NCBI GenBank assembly: GCA_046756945.1
Contig: JBHHXI010000002.1
Location: 1-50,165 of the forward strand
DNA from: Rhodospirillales bacterium
GTDB taxonomy: Bacteria; Pseudomonadota; Alphaproteobacteria; Rhodospirillales; 2-02-FULL-58-16
DNA length: 50,165 nucleotides
Reading direction: 5' to 3'
The notes below the pieces were generated by a model. That model was not told the origin of the DNA, did no database searches, and saw nothing but the letters and a program-made list of their open reading frames with translations. Position 1 is the stretch's first letter; every line of letters starts with the position of its first letter. Shown piece by piece: positions 1 to 9,575 of the stretch. The position numbers were made by a program, and so were the translations under genes.

Positions 1-68
1 CCGCGGCCTGCGACGCGGCCGACAGGCGGCCCCGCGACCCCGGCTGGCGCCTCGGCCAGACGACCCGG

Positions 69-1184
69 GTGGAGGAGAGCGTTTTCGCCCCCGGCGGCCG
101 ACCGGGGCGCCTCAGGCGCCTGTTCCGCCTGCCCTCGGGCGACGAGCTTCGCATGCGCCTTTTCTTTCCCGGCGGCCGGCTGCGCCGGGCCGGCGCCGAC
201 GTCTACCAGGCCATGGGCGGCGGCGGAACGCGCCCCGTCATGACGGCGGCGGCGGGCGGCGACTGCCGGATCGCCGGCGGCCGGCGCATCCTCTACGACC
301 GGGAGGGCCGGGCAACCGAGTTGGTCATTCTCGGCCCGGACCTGGAGGACACCGGGCAGAGAGAACCCCTGAACGCCCCCGTTCCGGCCGGCGCCGATCC
401 CGGCGGCGTGACCGTGGCCCATGTCGACAGCGGCATCAACTACACGATCCCCGCCCTCGCCGCGCGGCTGGCGCGCGACCCCGCCGGCCGGGCGCTGGGA
501 TACGACTACTGGGACATGGATGACCGCCCCTTCGACGCCGACACGCGCCGCTCTCCGTTCTTTCCCATCCGTCACGGCACCCGGGTGGCCGGCATCCTGG
601 TCCGCGAGGCGCCCGATGTGCGCCTCCTGCCCTACCGCTATCCGCGTCCCGCCATGGGGCGCATGGCCGACATGGTCGCCGACGCCGACGCCAACGGGGC
701 GCTCATCGTCGCCATGCCCCTGGGCAGCAACGATCCCGGCGCCTGGCGGCCGTTCGCCGGGGCCGCCGGCCTGCGGCCCCATATGCTGTTCGTCGTCTCG
801 GCCGGCAACGACGGCCGCGACATAGACGCCGAACCGGTCTATCCGGCGGCACTGGGGCTGGAAAACTTCCTCGTCGTCACGTCATCGGACGCCACCGGCC
901 GCCTGGCGCCGGGGTCGAACTGGGGCCCGGAGCACGTCGACGTCATGGTCGCCGCCGAGAACCTGGACACCATCGACGACCGGGGGGCGCGCACCAAGGC
1001 CTCGGGATCGAGCTTCGCCGTGCCGCGCATCGCCGCCCTCGCCGCGCGGCTGGCGAAAAAGCACCCCACGTGGCGGGCGGCGGAGTTGAAAAAGGCGATC
1101 CTGGCGCGCGCCCGGCCGTCGCCGTTCCACCGGACGCCGGTGATCCGCCACGGCTGGATCCCCTATCCGCAGGAGGACGGCTGA
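69..1184 (+). CDS. S8 family (subtilisin-like) serine peptidase; the 5' end may lie upstream of the window
   Basis: Asp/His/Ser triad contexts HVDSGINY, HGTRVAGIL and SGSSFAVPRIAALAA. The frame stays open back to nt 3, so the GTG-69 start is provisional. Confidence 0.8.
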   Translation: MEESVFAPGGRPGRLRRLFRLPSGDELRMRLFFPGGRLRRAGADVYQAMGGGGTRPVMTAAAGGDCRIAGGRRILYDREGRATELVILGPDLEDTGQREPLNAPVPAGADPGGVTVAHVDSGINYTIPALAARLARDPAGRALGYDYWDMDDRPFDADTRRSPFFPIRHGTRVAGILVREAPDVRLLPYRYPRPAMGRMADMVADADANGALIVAMPLGSNDPGAWRPFAGAAGLRPHMLFVVSAGNDGRDIDAEPVYPAALGLENFLVVTSSDATGRLAPGSNWGPEHVDVMVAAENLDTIDDRGARTKASGSSFAVPRIAALAARLAKKHPTWRAAELKKAILARARPSPFHRTPVIRHGWIPYPQEDG

Positions 1185-1199
1185 ACGCGCGCCCTGGTA

Positions 1200-2345
1200 T
1201 CAGCCCGGCGGGCCGGGAGGCGGGCGCTCGTCGGCGAGGAAGTCCCGCGCCCGCGGGGCGAGGTCCGGGTGGTGTTTTTCCAGGAGGGCGAGGGCGCGCC
1301 GGGCGAGATCCAGATCGCCGCCCCATTTGCCCACCTGGACGGCGAGGCGCAGAACCCGCCCGTCGGCCGGGAGAACGCCGAGCAACCAGGCAAGGTGGGG
1401 GACCGCCGCCCGGTAGCGGCGGGCGAAATCCAGCGTGATGGCGAGCCCGAGCCGGGAATTGATGGCGTTGGGGTCCTGTTCCAGGGCGCGCTCGAACATG
1501 GCGACGGAGTCGTCGAAGCGCCCGGCCCTGCCGAAAAACTGGCCGGCAAGGTCGAACAGCTGGCGGTTGCCGCTGGCCACGCACGACCCGGCGATGGCGT
1601 CGCCGGGCGCCGCCCCGGCCGGCCCCCGGCGGCGCCGTGCCTGCTCCAGCGCCTCGATGCATTTCCGGTAATGGGCGCCCAGCGCGCGGCTGGGGTCCGC
1701 ATACTCCGGTCCGCTGCGGGCGCTGAGAACGGCCAGTTGGGCGGCCCCGATGGCCTCGTGCAGCCCTTCGCCGCCGGAGGTGACGATGCCGACCAGCCGC
1801 CCGGCGCCGTCGACCAGGGCGCCGCCGCTGTTGCCGGGCTGGCTTTGGGCGGAGTGGTGCAGGCGGGCCAGGGGCTTGCCCCTGGCCGGTTGCAGGATGA
1901 TCCGTCCCGGCGCGTAGACGCGGACGCGCTCCCGGCCCACGTCGACGCCCACCGCATACAGATCGGCGCCGGCGTCCGCCGTCGCGACCTCCAGGGCCGG
2001 GCCGCCGTTCAGCCCCTCGGCCCTGAGCAGCACCAGGTCGCCCGGATAATCGGTGGCGACCACGCGGGCGCGGCGGACCGGCCCGCCGGGCGGGAAAACG
2101 TCCGCCCACGGGGTGTCGGCCACCACGTGGCGGTTGGTCACCAGGAGCCCGGGCCCGATCAGCACGGCGCTGGCCACCGGGTCGAACGACGCGATCCGGA
2201 AGACCCGCCCGCGCACCGCGCAAACCGGCTCCGGCGCCTGGCAGCGCTCCCCTCCTGTTTCTGCCGCCGCCCCACCGGCCAACAGGCCGAGCAGGCCGGC
2301 CACGGCGAGGGACGCCGCCACGCCACGCCCGAAGATTCGCGCCAT
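1200..2345 (-). CDS. Secreted trypsin-like (S1C/DegP-like) serine protease with a C-terminal TPR-like region
   Basis: [21 protein letters not shown] active-site serine motif and NRHVV histidine context. Trimmed to the internal ATG giving signal peptide [28 protein letters not shown]. The C-terminal helical repeats look TPR-like. Confidence 0.75.
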   Translation of the reverse strand: MARIFGRGVAASLAVAGLLGLLAGGAAAETGGERCQAPEPVCAVRGRVFRIASFDPVASAVLIGPGLLVTNRHVVADTPWADVFPPGGPVRRARVVATDYPGDLVLLRAEGLNGGPALEVATADAGADLYAVGVDVGRERVRVYAPGRIILQPARGKPLARLHHSAQSQPGNSGGALVDGAGRLVGIVTSGGEGLHEAIGAAQLAVLSARSGPEYADPSRALGAHYRKCIEALEQARRRRGPAGAAPGDAIAGSCVASGNRQLFDLAGQFFGRAGRFDDSVAMFERALEQDPNAINSRLGLAITLDFARRYRAAVPHLAWLLGVLPADGRVLRLAVQVGKWGGDLDLARRALALLEKHHPDLAPRARDFLADERPPPGPPG

Positions 2346-2478
2346 CCCATGCCCTCCGCTTCGAAATCCCGCCGCAGCTTGGCCCGCCCGGGCGCGCCGC
2401 GTCAATGGCAACCCGTGCCGCCCGGCCGGCCCATGAAAACCGCAACGCCTTGCCGGGGCGGGACTTTCGCCTTTTAAT

Positions 2479-2501
2479 CCCCCGGGGGCCGCGGGGGCGC
2501 C
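2479..2501 (-). repeat. Single reverse-orientation unit of a GC-rich repeat family (ggcgcccccgcggcccccggggg)
   Basis: The reverse complement of 2479..2501 matches the first unit of the element at 35219..35240. It lies in the intergenic space between the S1 protease and glmS. Confidence 0.5.
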
Positions 2502-2527
2502 ACGGTGAACTGGGAGGCAGGCCGACC

Positions 2528-3001
2528 ATGGGCACGGACAGCACGGACAGCACGAGCGGGGAGCGCCGGAGAACCCTGGTCACCGGGGTGATCGGCTCGG
2601 ACACCCACATCGTCGGCAACCGGATTCTCACCATGGCCCTGGAAAAAGCCGGCTACAAGGTCGTGGCGCTGGGCGCGCTGACGCCGGCGGACGAGTTCAT
2701 CAAGGCCGCCGTCGAGACCGCGGCCGACGCCATCATGGTGTCCTCGCTGTATGGCCAGGGGGAACTGGACTGCCGGGATTTCCGCGACCTCTGCATCGAG
2801 GCCGGGCTGGAGGACATCGTGCTCTACGTCGGCGGCAACCTTGTCGTGGGCAAGCAGCCCTGGGCCGAGGTGGAGCAGCGCTACCGGGACATGGGGTTCG
2901 ACCGCGCCTTTCCGCCCGGCACCCGCACCGACGCGGTGATCGCGGCGCTGGAAGACGATTTCCGGGCGCCGGGCGCGGGCGGAAAAAAGGCCGGCGAATG
3001 A
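2528..3001 (+). CDS. glmS: Methylaspartate (glutamate) mutase subunit S, B12-binding
   Basis: B12-binding motif context [15 protein letters not shown]...GYKVV.LG. GGGAGG Shine-Dalgarno lies before ATG-2528. ATGA overlap with the next gene. Confidence 0.85.
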   Translation: MGTDSTDSTSGERRRTLVTGVIGSDTHIVGNRILTMALEKAGYKVVALGALTPADEFIKAAVETAADAIMVSSLYGQGELDCRDFRDLCIEAGLEDIVLYVGGNLVVGKQPWAEVEQRYRDMGFDRAFPPGTRTDAVIAALEDDFRAPGAGGKKAGE

Positions 3002-4422
3002 GCGCCGCCGCCCTGTTGATCGATCTCGGCAGCACCTATACCAAGGTGCGCGCCATCGATCTGGAAAAGGCGCGCATCCTCGGCGCCGGCCAGGGGCCGT
3101 CCACGGTGACCACCGACGTCACCGTCGGGCTGGCCAAGGCCCTCGCCGATCTCGAGCGCGGCATGGGCGGGCGGCGCGAATTCACCTACCGGCTGGCCTC
3201 GAGCAGCGCCGCCGGGGGCCTGCGCATGGTGACCGTGGGTCTGGTCCGCGAGCTCACCGCCGCCGCCGCCCGCCAGGCGGCCCTCGGCGCCGGGGCCAGG
3301 CTGGTGGGCACCTTCGCCTACAAGCTCACCGCCGCCGACGTGGCGCGGATCGCCGACCTGGCGCCCGACATCGTGCTGCTCGCCGGCGGCACCGACGGCG
3401 GCAACGAGGACGTGATCCTGCACAACGCCGCCGGCCTGGCCGCCTGCTCCATCACCTGCCCGGTGGTCGTCGCCGGCAACCGCCAGGCCGCCGACGAGGC
3501 CGCCGCCCGCCTCGACGCCGGCGGCAGTCCGGTCACGGTGACCGACAACGTCATGCCCGAGTTCGGGGTCCTCGACGTGGAGCCGACGCGCGCCGCCATC
3601 CGCCGGATCTTCATCGACCGCATCGTCCACGCCAAGGGCATCGACCGGGCGGCGGAGATGCTCGACCGGGTGCTGATGCCGACCCCGGCCGCCGTCCTCG
3701 ACGGCGCCCGGCTGCTCGCCGACGGATGCGGCGGCCGCCCCGGCCTGGGCTCCCTGCTGGTGGTCGATGTCGGCGGCGCCACCACGGACGTCCATTCCGT
3801 GGCGGACGGCGGGCCGGCCCGGGCCGAGGTGGTCTACCGGGGCCTGCCCGAGCCCTATCTCAAACGGACCGTGGAGGGCGATCTGGGCATGCGGCACAAC
3901 GCCCGGGCCATCGTCCAGGCGGCGGGGCGCGAGGCCCTGGCCGGCGACGCCGGGCTTGCCCCGGAGCGCATCGAGGCCCTGGCCCGGCGGGCGTCCGAGG
4001 ACACCGGCCGGCTGCCCCGATCGGCGGAGGACCGGGCCTTCGACAAGGCGCTGGCGCGGGCCGCCGTCGGGCTGGCGGTCAAGCGCCACGCGGGCACGCT
4101 GGACACCGTCCATACGGCGACCGGTCCGGTGACCGTCCAATTCGGCAAGGACCTGAGCACGGTGGAAACGATCGTCGGCACCGGCGGCGCCCTGGTCCAC
4201 GGGCCGCAACCGGCGGCCATCCTGGAGACCGCGCTGGCCGACGACGCGGACCCTTTCTCGCTCCGGCCGCGGACCCCGCGGATGGTGCTGGACAGGGATT
4301 ACATCCTGTTCGCCTGCGGCCTGCTCGGGGCGGTCGAGCCGGACGCCGCCTTGACCTTGGGCCTTGCCCACATGCATCCTCTAGGGGATGGACCGGAAAA
4401 TGGGTGCACTTCGACGGCCTGA
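2998..4422 (+). CDS. glmL: Glutamate mutase accessory/reactivase-like protein GlmL (MutL)
   Basis: N-terminus [17 protein letters not shown] and the [13 protein letters not shown] actin-like ATPase motifs. It sits between the S and E subunits as in known glutamate mutase operons. Confidence 0.8.
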   Translation: MSAAALLIDLGSTYTKVRAIDLEKARILGAGQGPSTVTTDVTVGLAKALADLERGMGGRREFTYRLASSSAAGGLRMVTVGLVRELTAAAARQAALGAGARLVGTFAYKLTAADVARIADLAPDIVLLAGGTDGGNEDVILHNAAGLAACSITCPVVVAGNRQAADEAAARLDAGGSPVTVTDNVMPEFGVLDVEPTRAAIRRIFIDRIVHAKGIDRAAEMLDRVLMPTPAAVLDGARLLADGCGGRPGLGSLLVVDVGGATTDVHSVADGGPARAEVVYRGLPEPYLKRTVEGDLGMRHNARAIVQAAGREALAGDAGLAPERIEALARRASEDTGRLPRSAEDRAFDKALARAAVGLAVKRHAGTLDTVHTATGPVTVQFGKDLSTVETIVGTGGALVHGPQPAAILETALADDADPFSLRPRTPRMVLDRDYILFACGLLGAVEPDAALTLGLAHMHPLGDGPENGCTSTA

Positions 4423-5899
4423 CACCGGGGAGTCGCCGCTGTCGGCGGCGCAGATCCCCGCAGACGTGTTCGCGGCCATGCGGCGGGAAAACCTGGCCCG
4501 GTGGCCGACCGGCGCCGAGGTCGACCTGGACGCGGCGGTGGACTTCCACAAAAGCCTGCCCGAGCACAAGCGGCTGCCGTCGGTCATGCGCCGCGCCGTC
4601 GCCGAGGGCCGGTGCCTGACCCAGCCGCGGGGCGGGTTCGGCACCCTCGAGCTGCAGAGGGAGCTGATGCGGACCCTGGACACCGACGGGTTCGCCGACA
4701 TCGTTCCCACCACCACCGACAGCTACACCCGCAACGAACACTTTTCCAGGGCCGAAAAGGGCATCGAGGAATCGAAGCGCCTCGGCCGCTCCATGCTGAA
4801 CGGCTTTCCCATGGTCAACTACGGGGTCGCCGCGGCCCGCACGCTGACCGAGGCCATCGACAAGCCCGCCATCGTGCTGTCCGGCACCTCCTTGCCCAAG
4901 CTCACGTCCGAGATCGGTTTCGCGGCCGGGTATTCCGGGTACCTGGGATCGGGGATCGCCTATACGGTATCGTATACCAAGGACATCTCCGTCGAAGACG
5001 GCATCCGCAACTACCAGTACCTGGACCGGCTGGCGGCGCTGTACGGGGAGCGCGGCGTCGAGCTGCACCGCCGCCAGCCGGGCTTCCTGACCGGCACCAA
5101 CATCCCGCCGTCCATCGCCATCATCACCGGGGTGCTGGACGCGCTGCTCGCCGCCGGCCAGGGGGTGCGCGACTACGGCCTGGAACTGGGCCAGACCCTG
5201 CATCTGGTCCAGGACGCGGCGGCCATCCAGGTGTGCGGCGAGCTGTGCCAGGAATACCTGCGCCAACACGGTTTCGACGACGTGTTCACGCCGGTGACGT
5301 CCCTGCACTGGATGGGCGCCTGGCCCCAGGATGCGGCCCAGTCCGCCGCCCTCATCGTCTACGGCGGCACCCTGGCGGCGGTCGGCGGCGCCGTCAGCGT
5401 GACGACGAAGAGCACCCACGAGGCCTTCGGCATCCCGACGCCGCAAGCCAACGCCGAGGGCCTGCGCATGACCCGCATGGCGATCTACCTGGCGCGCAAC
5501 ATCCGCCTCGACGCCATGCCCGAGTTCCAGCGGGAAAAGGAGCTGATCCGCAAGGAGGTGCGGGCGGTCGTCGACAAGGTCCTCGACATGGGCGACGGCG
5601 ACGCCGCCGTCGGCACCGTCAGGGCCTGCGAGGCGGGCGTCCTGGACATCCCCTGGTCGCCGAACCGGTTCCTCAAGAGCCGGGTGCTGCCGGCCCGGGA
5701 CTCAGAAGGCTACCTGCGCATCCTGGACGCCGCCGACATGCCGTTTCCCGGCGACGTGCTCGACTTCCACGAGGACCGCCTGCGCGAGCGCGCCGGGCGC
5801 GAGGGCGTGCCCTACGACCATGACCTGGCGGTGACCAGCGTCTACGAGATCTCCGAATCCCTGGACAAGCTGCTTCCCGGCATGCCGGCAGCCGGGTGA
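4388..5899 (+). CDS. glmE: Methylaspartate (glutamate) mutase subunit E
   Basis: About 500 aa with WPTGAEV and TTDSYTRNEHFSRAEKGIEESK stretches typical of GlmE. The start is ambiguous (ATG 4388 or 4400) and overlaps the glmL end. Confidence 0.85.
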   Translation: MDRKMGALRRPDTGESPLSAAQIPADVFAAMRRENLARWPTGAEVDLDAAVDFHKSLPEHKRLPSVMRRAVAEGRCLTQPRGGFGTLELQRELMRTLDTDGFADIVPTTTDSYTRNEHFSRAEKGIEESKRLGRSMLNGFPMVNYGVAAARTLTEAIDKPAIVLSGTSLPKLTSEIGFAAGYSGYLGSGIAYTVSYTKDISVEDGIRNYQYLDRLAALYGERGVELHRRQPGFLTGTNIPPSIAIITGVLDALLAAGQGVRDYGLELGQTLHLVQDAAAIQVCGELCQEYLRQHGFDDVFTPVTSLHWMGAWPQDAAQSAALIVYGGTLAAVGGAVSVTTKSTHEAFGIPTPQANAEGLRMTRMAIYLARNIRLDAMPEFQREKELIRKEVRAVVDKVLDMGDGDAAVGTVRACEAGVLDIPWSPNRFLKSRVLPARDSEGYLRILDAADMPFPGDVLDFHEDRLRERAGREGVPYDHDLAVTSVYEISESLDKLLPGMPAAG

Positions 5900-6059
5900 G
5901 GCCCGCCAAGGCCGGCGGCGGCGTGCGGCGCCGGGGGCGAATCGTGCTTGATTCCCGGGAATTTTAGGTATCAAACGGTGATCAGGTGGTGGATATTAGA
6001 GAATACGCATATCCGTCGACGCCCCATCGGCGGGTATGCCCACGAAGGAGACACCGGCC

Positions 6060-7067
6060 ATGCCACCCAAAAGGGGCTTGTGCGTCCTTGGCCTGATCGT
6101 CGCGATCGGCTTCGCCGGCCCGGCTTCGGCGGGGAAACTGCCGGACGCGATGGAAAGGCCGGGCGGCTTTCCCGACCGGCCGCTCCGCCTGATCGTGCCC
6201 TATGGATCGGGCGGCGGCTCGGCCCAGGTTTCCCGGGCCATGGCGCAGGCGGTGACCGGGCACACCGGCGTCGCCATCGAGCCGCAATACATACCCGGCG
6301 GCAGCGGCATGGTCGGCCTGAAGGCCTACATGGAGACGCCCGCCGACGGCTACACGGTGCTTGAGCACATCGACGACGCGACCAGCGCCTTCGCCAGCGG
6401 CAAGAGCGAGGTCCATCCGGGCCGGGACCTGGTGCCGCTGGTGATCGCGCAGATCACCTTCAGCCAGATCTACATTCGCGGCAACGAGACGCGGTTCTCC
6501 GACTGGGCGTCGTTCGTCAAGTACGCCATGGCCAGGGGCGGCAGGGCGACCATGGCCAACGTCTCGCGCCAGGGTTCCATGGAACGCATCAACATGAACC
6601 GCATCGCCCGACACTTCGGGTTCAGGATCCAGCAGATCAGCTTCGACAAACCCGGGCCGCGCTACATGGCCCTCAAGAGCGCCCGGGTGGACGCCCTGTT
6701 CGAGCAGCCGGGCGACGTCAAGAAATTCCTCGACAGCGGCGACTTCAAGCCGATCCTCACCCTCCTGCCCGAGCGTCCACGGGCCTTCGCCGGCGTGCCG
6801 TCGATGAAGGACGTCGGCCTCACCTTCACGCCGTTGATGCGTTTCCGCGGGTTTTACGTGAAGAAGGGGGTTCCCGCGGATCGCCTGAAGTGGCTCCAAT
6901 GGGCCTTCCAGAAGGGCTTCGCCCAACCCGGCTTCCAGGCGTTCAACAAGAAGAAGTTCATGGACCTCATCCCCAGCTTCCGCGACACCGACGGGGCGAT
7001 CGCGCTGATCGAGGAGACCATGGCCGTCTACCGGAAGACCTATAAGGAAATGGGGCTGATCGAATAG
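6060..7067 (+). CDS. Tripartite tricarboxylate transporter substrate-binding protein (TctC/Bug family)
   Basis: LIVPYGSGGGSAQVSRAMAQ motif. Signal peptide from the internal ATG-6060, which is preceded by AAGGAG at 6045..6050. Confidence 0.8.
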   Translation: MPPKRGLCVLGLIVAIGFAGPASAGKLPDAMERPGGFPDRPLRLIVPYGSGGGSAQVSRAMAQAVTGHTGVAIEPQYIPGGSGMVGLKAYMETPADGYTVLEHIDDATSAFASGKSEVHPGRDLVPLVIAQITFSQIYIRGNETRFSDWASFVKYAMARGGRATMANVSRQGSMERINMNRIARHFGFRIQQISFDKPGPRYMALKSARVDALFEQPGDVKKFLDSGDFKPILTLLPERPRAFAGVPSMKDVGLTFTPLMRFRGFYVKKGVPADRLKWLQWAFQKGFAQPGFQAFNKKKFMDLIPSFRDTDGAIALIEETMAVYRKTYKEMGLIE

Positions 7068-7098
7068 GCGCCGGCCGCCGTCGCCGCCCTCCCCTGGG

Positions 7099-8004
7099 TC
7101 AGCGCGAGCGCAGCCTCGGATCGAGGGCGTCGCGCATCGCGTCGCCGAACAGGTTGAACCCGAAAACGGCGATGCTGATGGCGATACCCGGCCACACCGC
7201 CATCCACGGCGCGCTCTCGGCATACTCCTCGGCGCCCCCCTGCAGCATCAGCCCCCAGGCCGGTGTCGGTTCCGTGACACCGAGGCCCAAATAACTCAAC
7301 GACGCCTCCAACAGGATGGCGTGGCCGACGAAGGTCGAGAACATGATCAGGAACGGCGCCATGACGTTCGGCGCCATGTGGCGGAGGATGATCCTGGCGT
7401 GGCCGAAGCCCAGCGCGCGCGCCGCATCCACATAAGGCAACTCGCGGATGGCCAGCGCGTTGGAACGCACCACCCGCGCGCACTGCGGGATGAAGGGAAT
7501 GGTGATGGCGATGATGACGTTTTCCAGCCCGGGCCCGAAAATGGAGACGATGGCCAGCGCCATGATGATCAGCGGGAAAGCCAGGAACACGTCCACGACG
7601 CGCTGGAACAACAGGTCGAAATAGCCGCCGAAGTAGGCGCTGGCGACGCCCAGGACCAGGCCGGCCACGGCGCCCATGGTCGCCGCCGCGAAACCGACCA
7701 GCAACGCCGTCCTGGCGCCATAGATGATCCGGGTCAGCACGTCGCGACCGAACTGGTCGGTGCCCATCCAATAGACGGAGTCGGGCGGCAGCAGCATATG
7801 CTCGAAATTGTTGAGAATTGGATCGTGGGGCGAAACCAGATCGGCCGAAGCGGCCATCAGGATCATCGCCAGGACGACACCGAGCCCGGCGGCGCCCAGG
7901 GGATACTTTTGCATCCAGGCGCGCGCGCGAACCGGCCACGGCTTGCGTGGAACGGCTGCGTCGATTTCAGCCTCGACGGGAGATTCCGATACGATGGCCA
8001 TCAT
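7099..8004 (-). CDS. ABC transporter permease, DppC/OppC type
   Basis: N-terminal OppC-like segment (WMGTDQFGRDVLTRIIYGAR) and an EAA-loop region (YVDAARALGFGHARIILRHMAPN). GAGGGAA Shine-Dalgarno before the start. Confidence 0.85.
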   Translation of the reverse strand: MMAIVSESPVEAEIDAAVPRKPWPVRARAWMQKYPLGAAGLGVVLAMILMAASADLVSPHDPILNNFEHMLLPPDSVYWMGTDQFGRDVLTRIIYGARTALLVGFAAATMGAVAGLVLGVASAYFGGYFDLLFQRVVDVFLAFPLIIMALAIVSIFGPGLENVIIAITIPFIPQCARVVRSNALAIRELPYVDAARALGFGHARIILRHMAPNVMAPFLIMFSTFVGHAILLEASLSYLGLGVTEPTPAWGLMLQGGAEEYAESAPWMAVWPGIAISIAVFGFNLFGDAMRDALDPRLRSR

Positions 8005-8120
8005 TAAATTCCCTCAACCCTGCCGATACGCGTCGCCATTCCCCTGAAAGCGGACATTTGGAAGGTGGTCGCCGCACATCTCCTTCCGACCGGGAGCGGG
8101 CTTCGCGTCCGGGGGGCGCA

Positions 8121-9263
8121 TTAGACCCCGAAGCCGTAAAGCCTGGCCGCATTGCCGCAGACGAGCTTGTGGCGTGTCGCCTCCGGCAGGTGGCCGAGTT
8201 CCTTTTGGATGAACGCCTGGGAATCCGGCCACACGCCGTCGGGATGGGGGAAATCCGACCCCCACATGACGTTGTCCTCGCCCAGGATGTCGAGGAGCCG
8301 GAGCCCGACCTCGTCGCTCTGATAGGTTGCCCGGCACTGGCGGTGCCAGTAATCGCTCGGCTTCATCCTCAGGGTCAGGTCTTTGTATTGTTCCTCCCAC
8401 TCCATGTCCATCCGGTCCAGGATATAGGGGATCCAGCCGATGCCGCTCTCGCCGATGACGACGCAGAGCGAGGGGTGGGTCTCGAGCACCCCGGAATAGA
8501 TGATCTCCATCAGGATGCGGGCCATGCCGAGCTGAAAGCCGGTGATGAAGACGGCGTGGGCCTGGCGCCCCTGCAATGGCGGCATGGACGCAAAATCCGG
8601 CCTCCTGGTGCCGACGGTATGGAAGTGCAGCGGCAGGCCGGACTCGCCGGCGGCCTTCCACAGCGGGTCCCAATCAGGATCGAACAGGGGCTTCATGTCC
8701 CAGCTGTTGGCGACCTCGAGGCCGCGAAGGGCGCCCCGCCTGACGACACGCTCGATCTCGGCGGTGGCGGCGGCGACGTCGTGGTTGGGGATCGACGCCA
8801 GGCCGGCGAAGCGCTCCGGGTGGGTGTCGCAGAAATCGGCCAGCCAGTCGTTGTAGATACGCATCATCTCGATCGCCGCCTCGTCGTCGTTCAGGCGCTG
8901 GCTGGCCCCGAGGATGCCGAACAGCACCTCCGCCTGGATGCCGTCCCGGTCCTGGTCCTTGATCCGCAGGTCCGGGTCGGTCAGGCGCCGGGTCCCGTTC
9001 CTGCCGTCCTCGTAAAGGCCCTCGTCGGCCATGCGGTCGGAGCGATGGATTTGGCCGGGGATGTATTCCCGCCCCGACGAGCCCATGCCGTTCTGGAGCC
9101 CGAAGCAGCCGCCGTTCCTGCTCACCCACACCGGGCCTTTCTCGCCGTCGGCGACATAGGGCATGCGGTCCTTCAACGCCTTGGACGCATTGGCGGTGAA
9201 CAAATCCGGCGGCAGCCACGGAAGGTCGATGTGGCAGTCGGCGGAAATCACGCGGTATTCCAT
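8121..9263 (-). CDS. Amidohydrolase family protein (amidohydrolase_2 / ACMSD-like metal-dependent hydrolase)
   Basis: N-terminal VISADCHIDLPW metal-binding motif and C-terminal GEDNVMWGSDFPHPDG motif. Confidence 0.75.
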   Translation of the reverse strand: MEYRVISADCHIDLPWLPPDLFTANASKALKDRMPYVADGEKGPVWVSRNGGCFGLQNGMGSSGREYIPGQIHRSDRMADEGLYEDGRNGTRRLTDPDLRIKDQDRDGIQAEVLFGILGASQRLNDDEAAIEMMRIYNDWLADFCDTHPERFAGLASIPNHDVAAATAEIERVVRRGALRGLEVANSWDMKPLFDPDWDPLWKAAGESGLPLHFHTVGTRRPDFASMPPLQGRQAHAVFITGFQLGMARILMEIIYSGVLETHPSLCVVIGESGIGWIPYILDRMDMEWEEQYKDLTLRMKPSDYWHRQCRATYQSDEVGLRLLDILGEDNVMWGSDFPHPDGVWPDSQAFIQKELGHLPEATRHKLVCGNAARLYGFGV

Positions 9264-9575
9264 ATCCCATCCCCGGTCCGGTCCCGGACTCGTGACCTGC
9301 TTCTACGAATGATACCACTTTTTAAGTCAGACCGGACACCAATGGAGGAAAGGGGCGATTCGGCCGTTGTCTCCCTGTAGCGGAAGCCGGATCGGAATGT
9401 CCGAAAAGCCGACAGTCGAGTCCGCTTCGCGCTTTCCGCCCATCGAATTTCACACCGAGACACCACCCCGCGTCGGCCTCGATTGTTGCGAAGGGGCCCA
9501 ATCGTCTATAATTTCCCGTCGGGCCGAGGGCCCCGGAGTTTTCCGCGGGCGGGCCAGGAAAACGGGAGGACGCCC

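Noticed and set aside
2412-2527. Possible cobalamin riboswitch upstream of the B12-dependent glutamate mutase
   Set aside because: I could see no B12-box-like sequence. The region is only ~115 nt and is partly occupied by a GC-rich repeat unit.
943-2634. 563-aa minus-strand ORF, extremely Arg/Pro/Gly-rich
   Set aside because: It is an alternate-frame shadow ORF overlapping both protease genes. Its composition is typical of non-coding frames in GC-rich DNA, and it has no motifs.
2881-4377. 498-aa ORF antisense to glmL (similar shadow ORFs at 4079..5446 and 3726..4619)
   Set aside because: The plus-strand frame carries clear GlmL/GlmE motifs. The antisense products are low-complexity.
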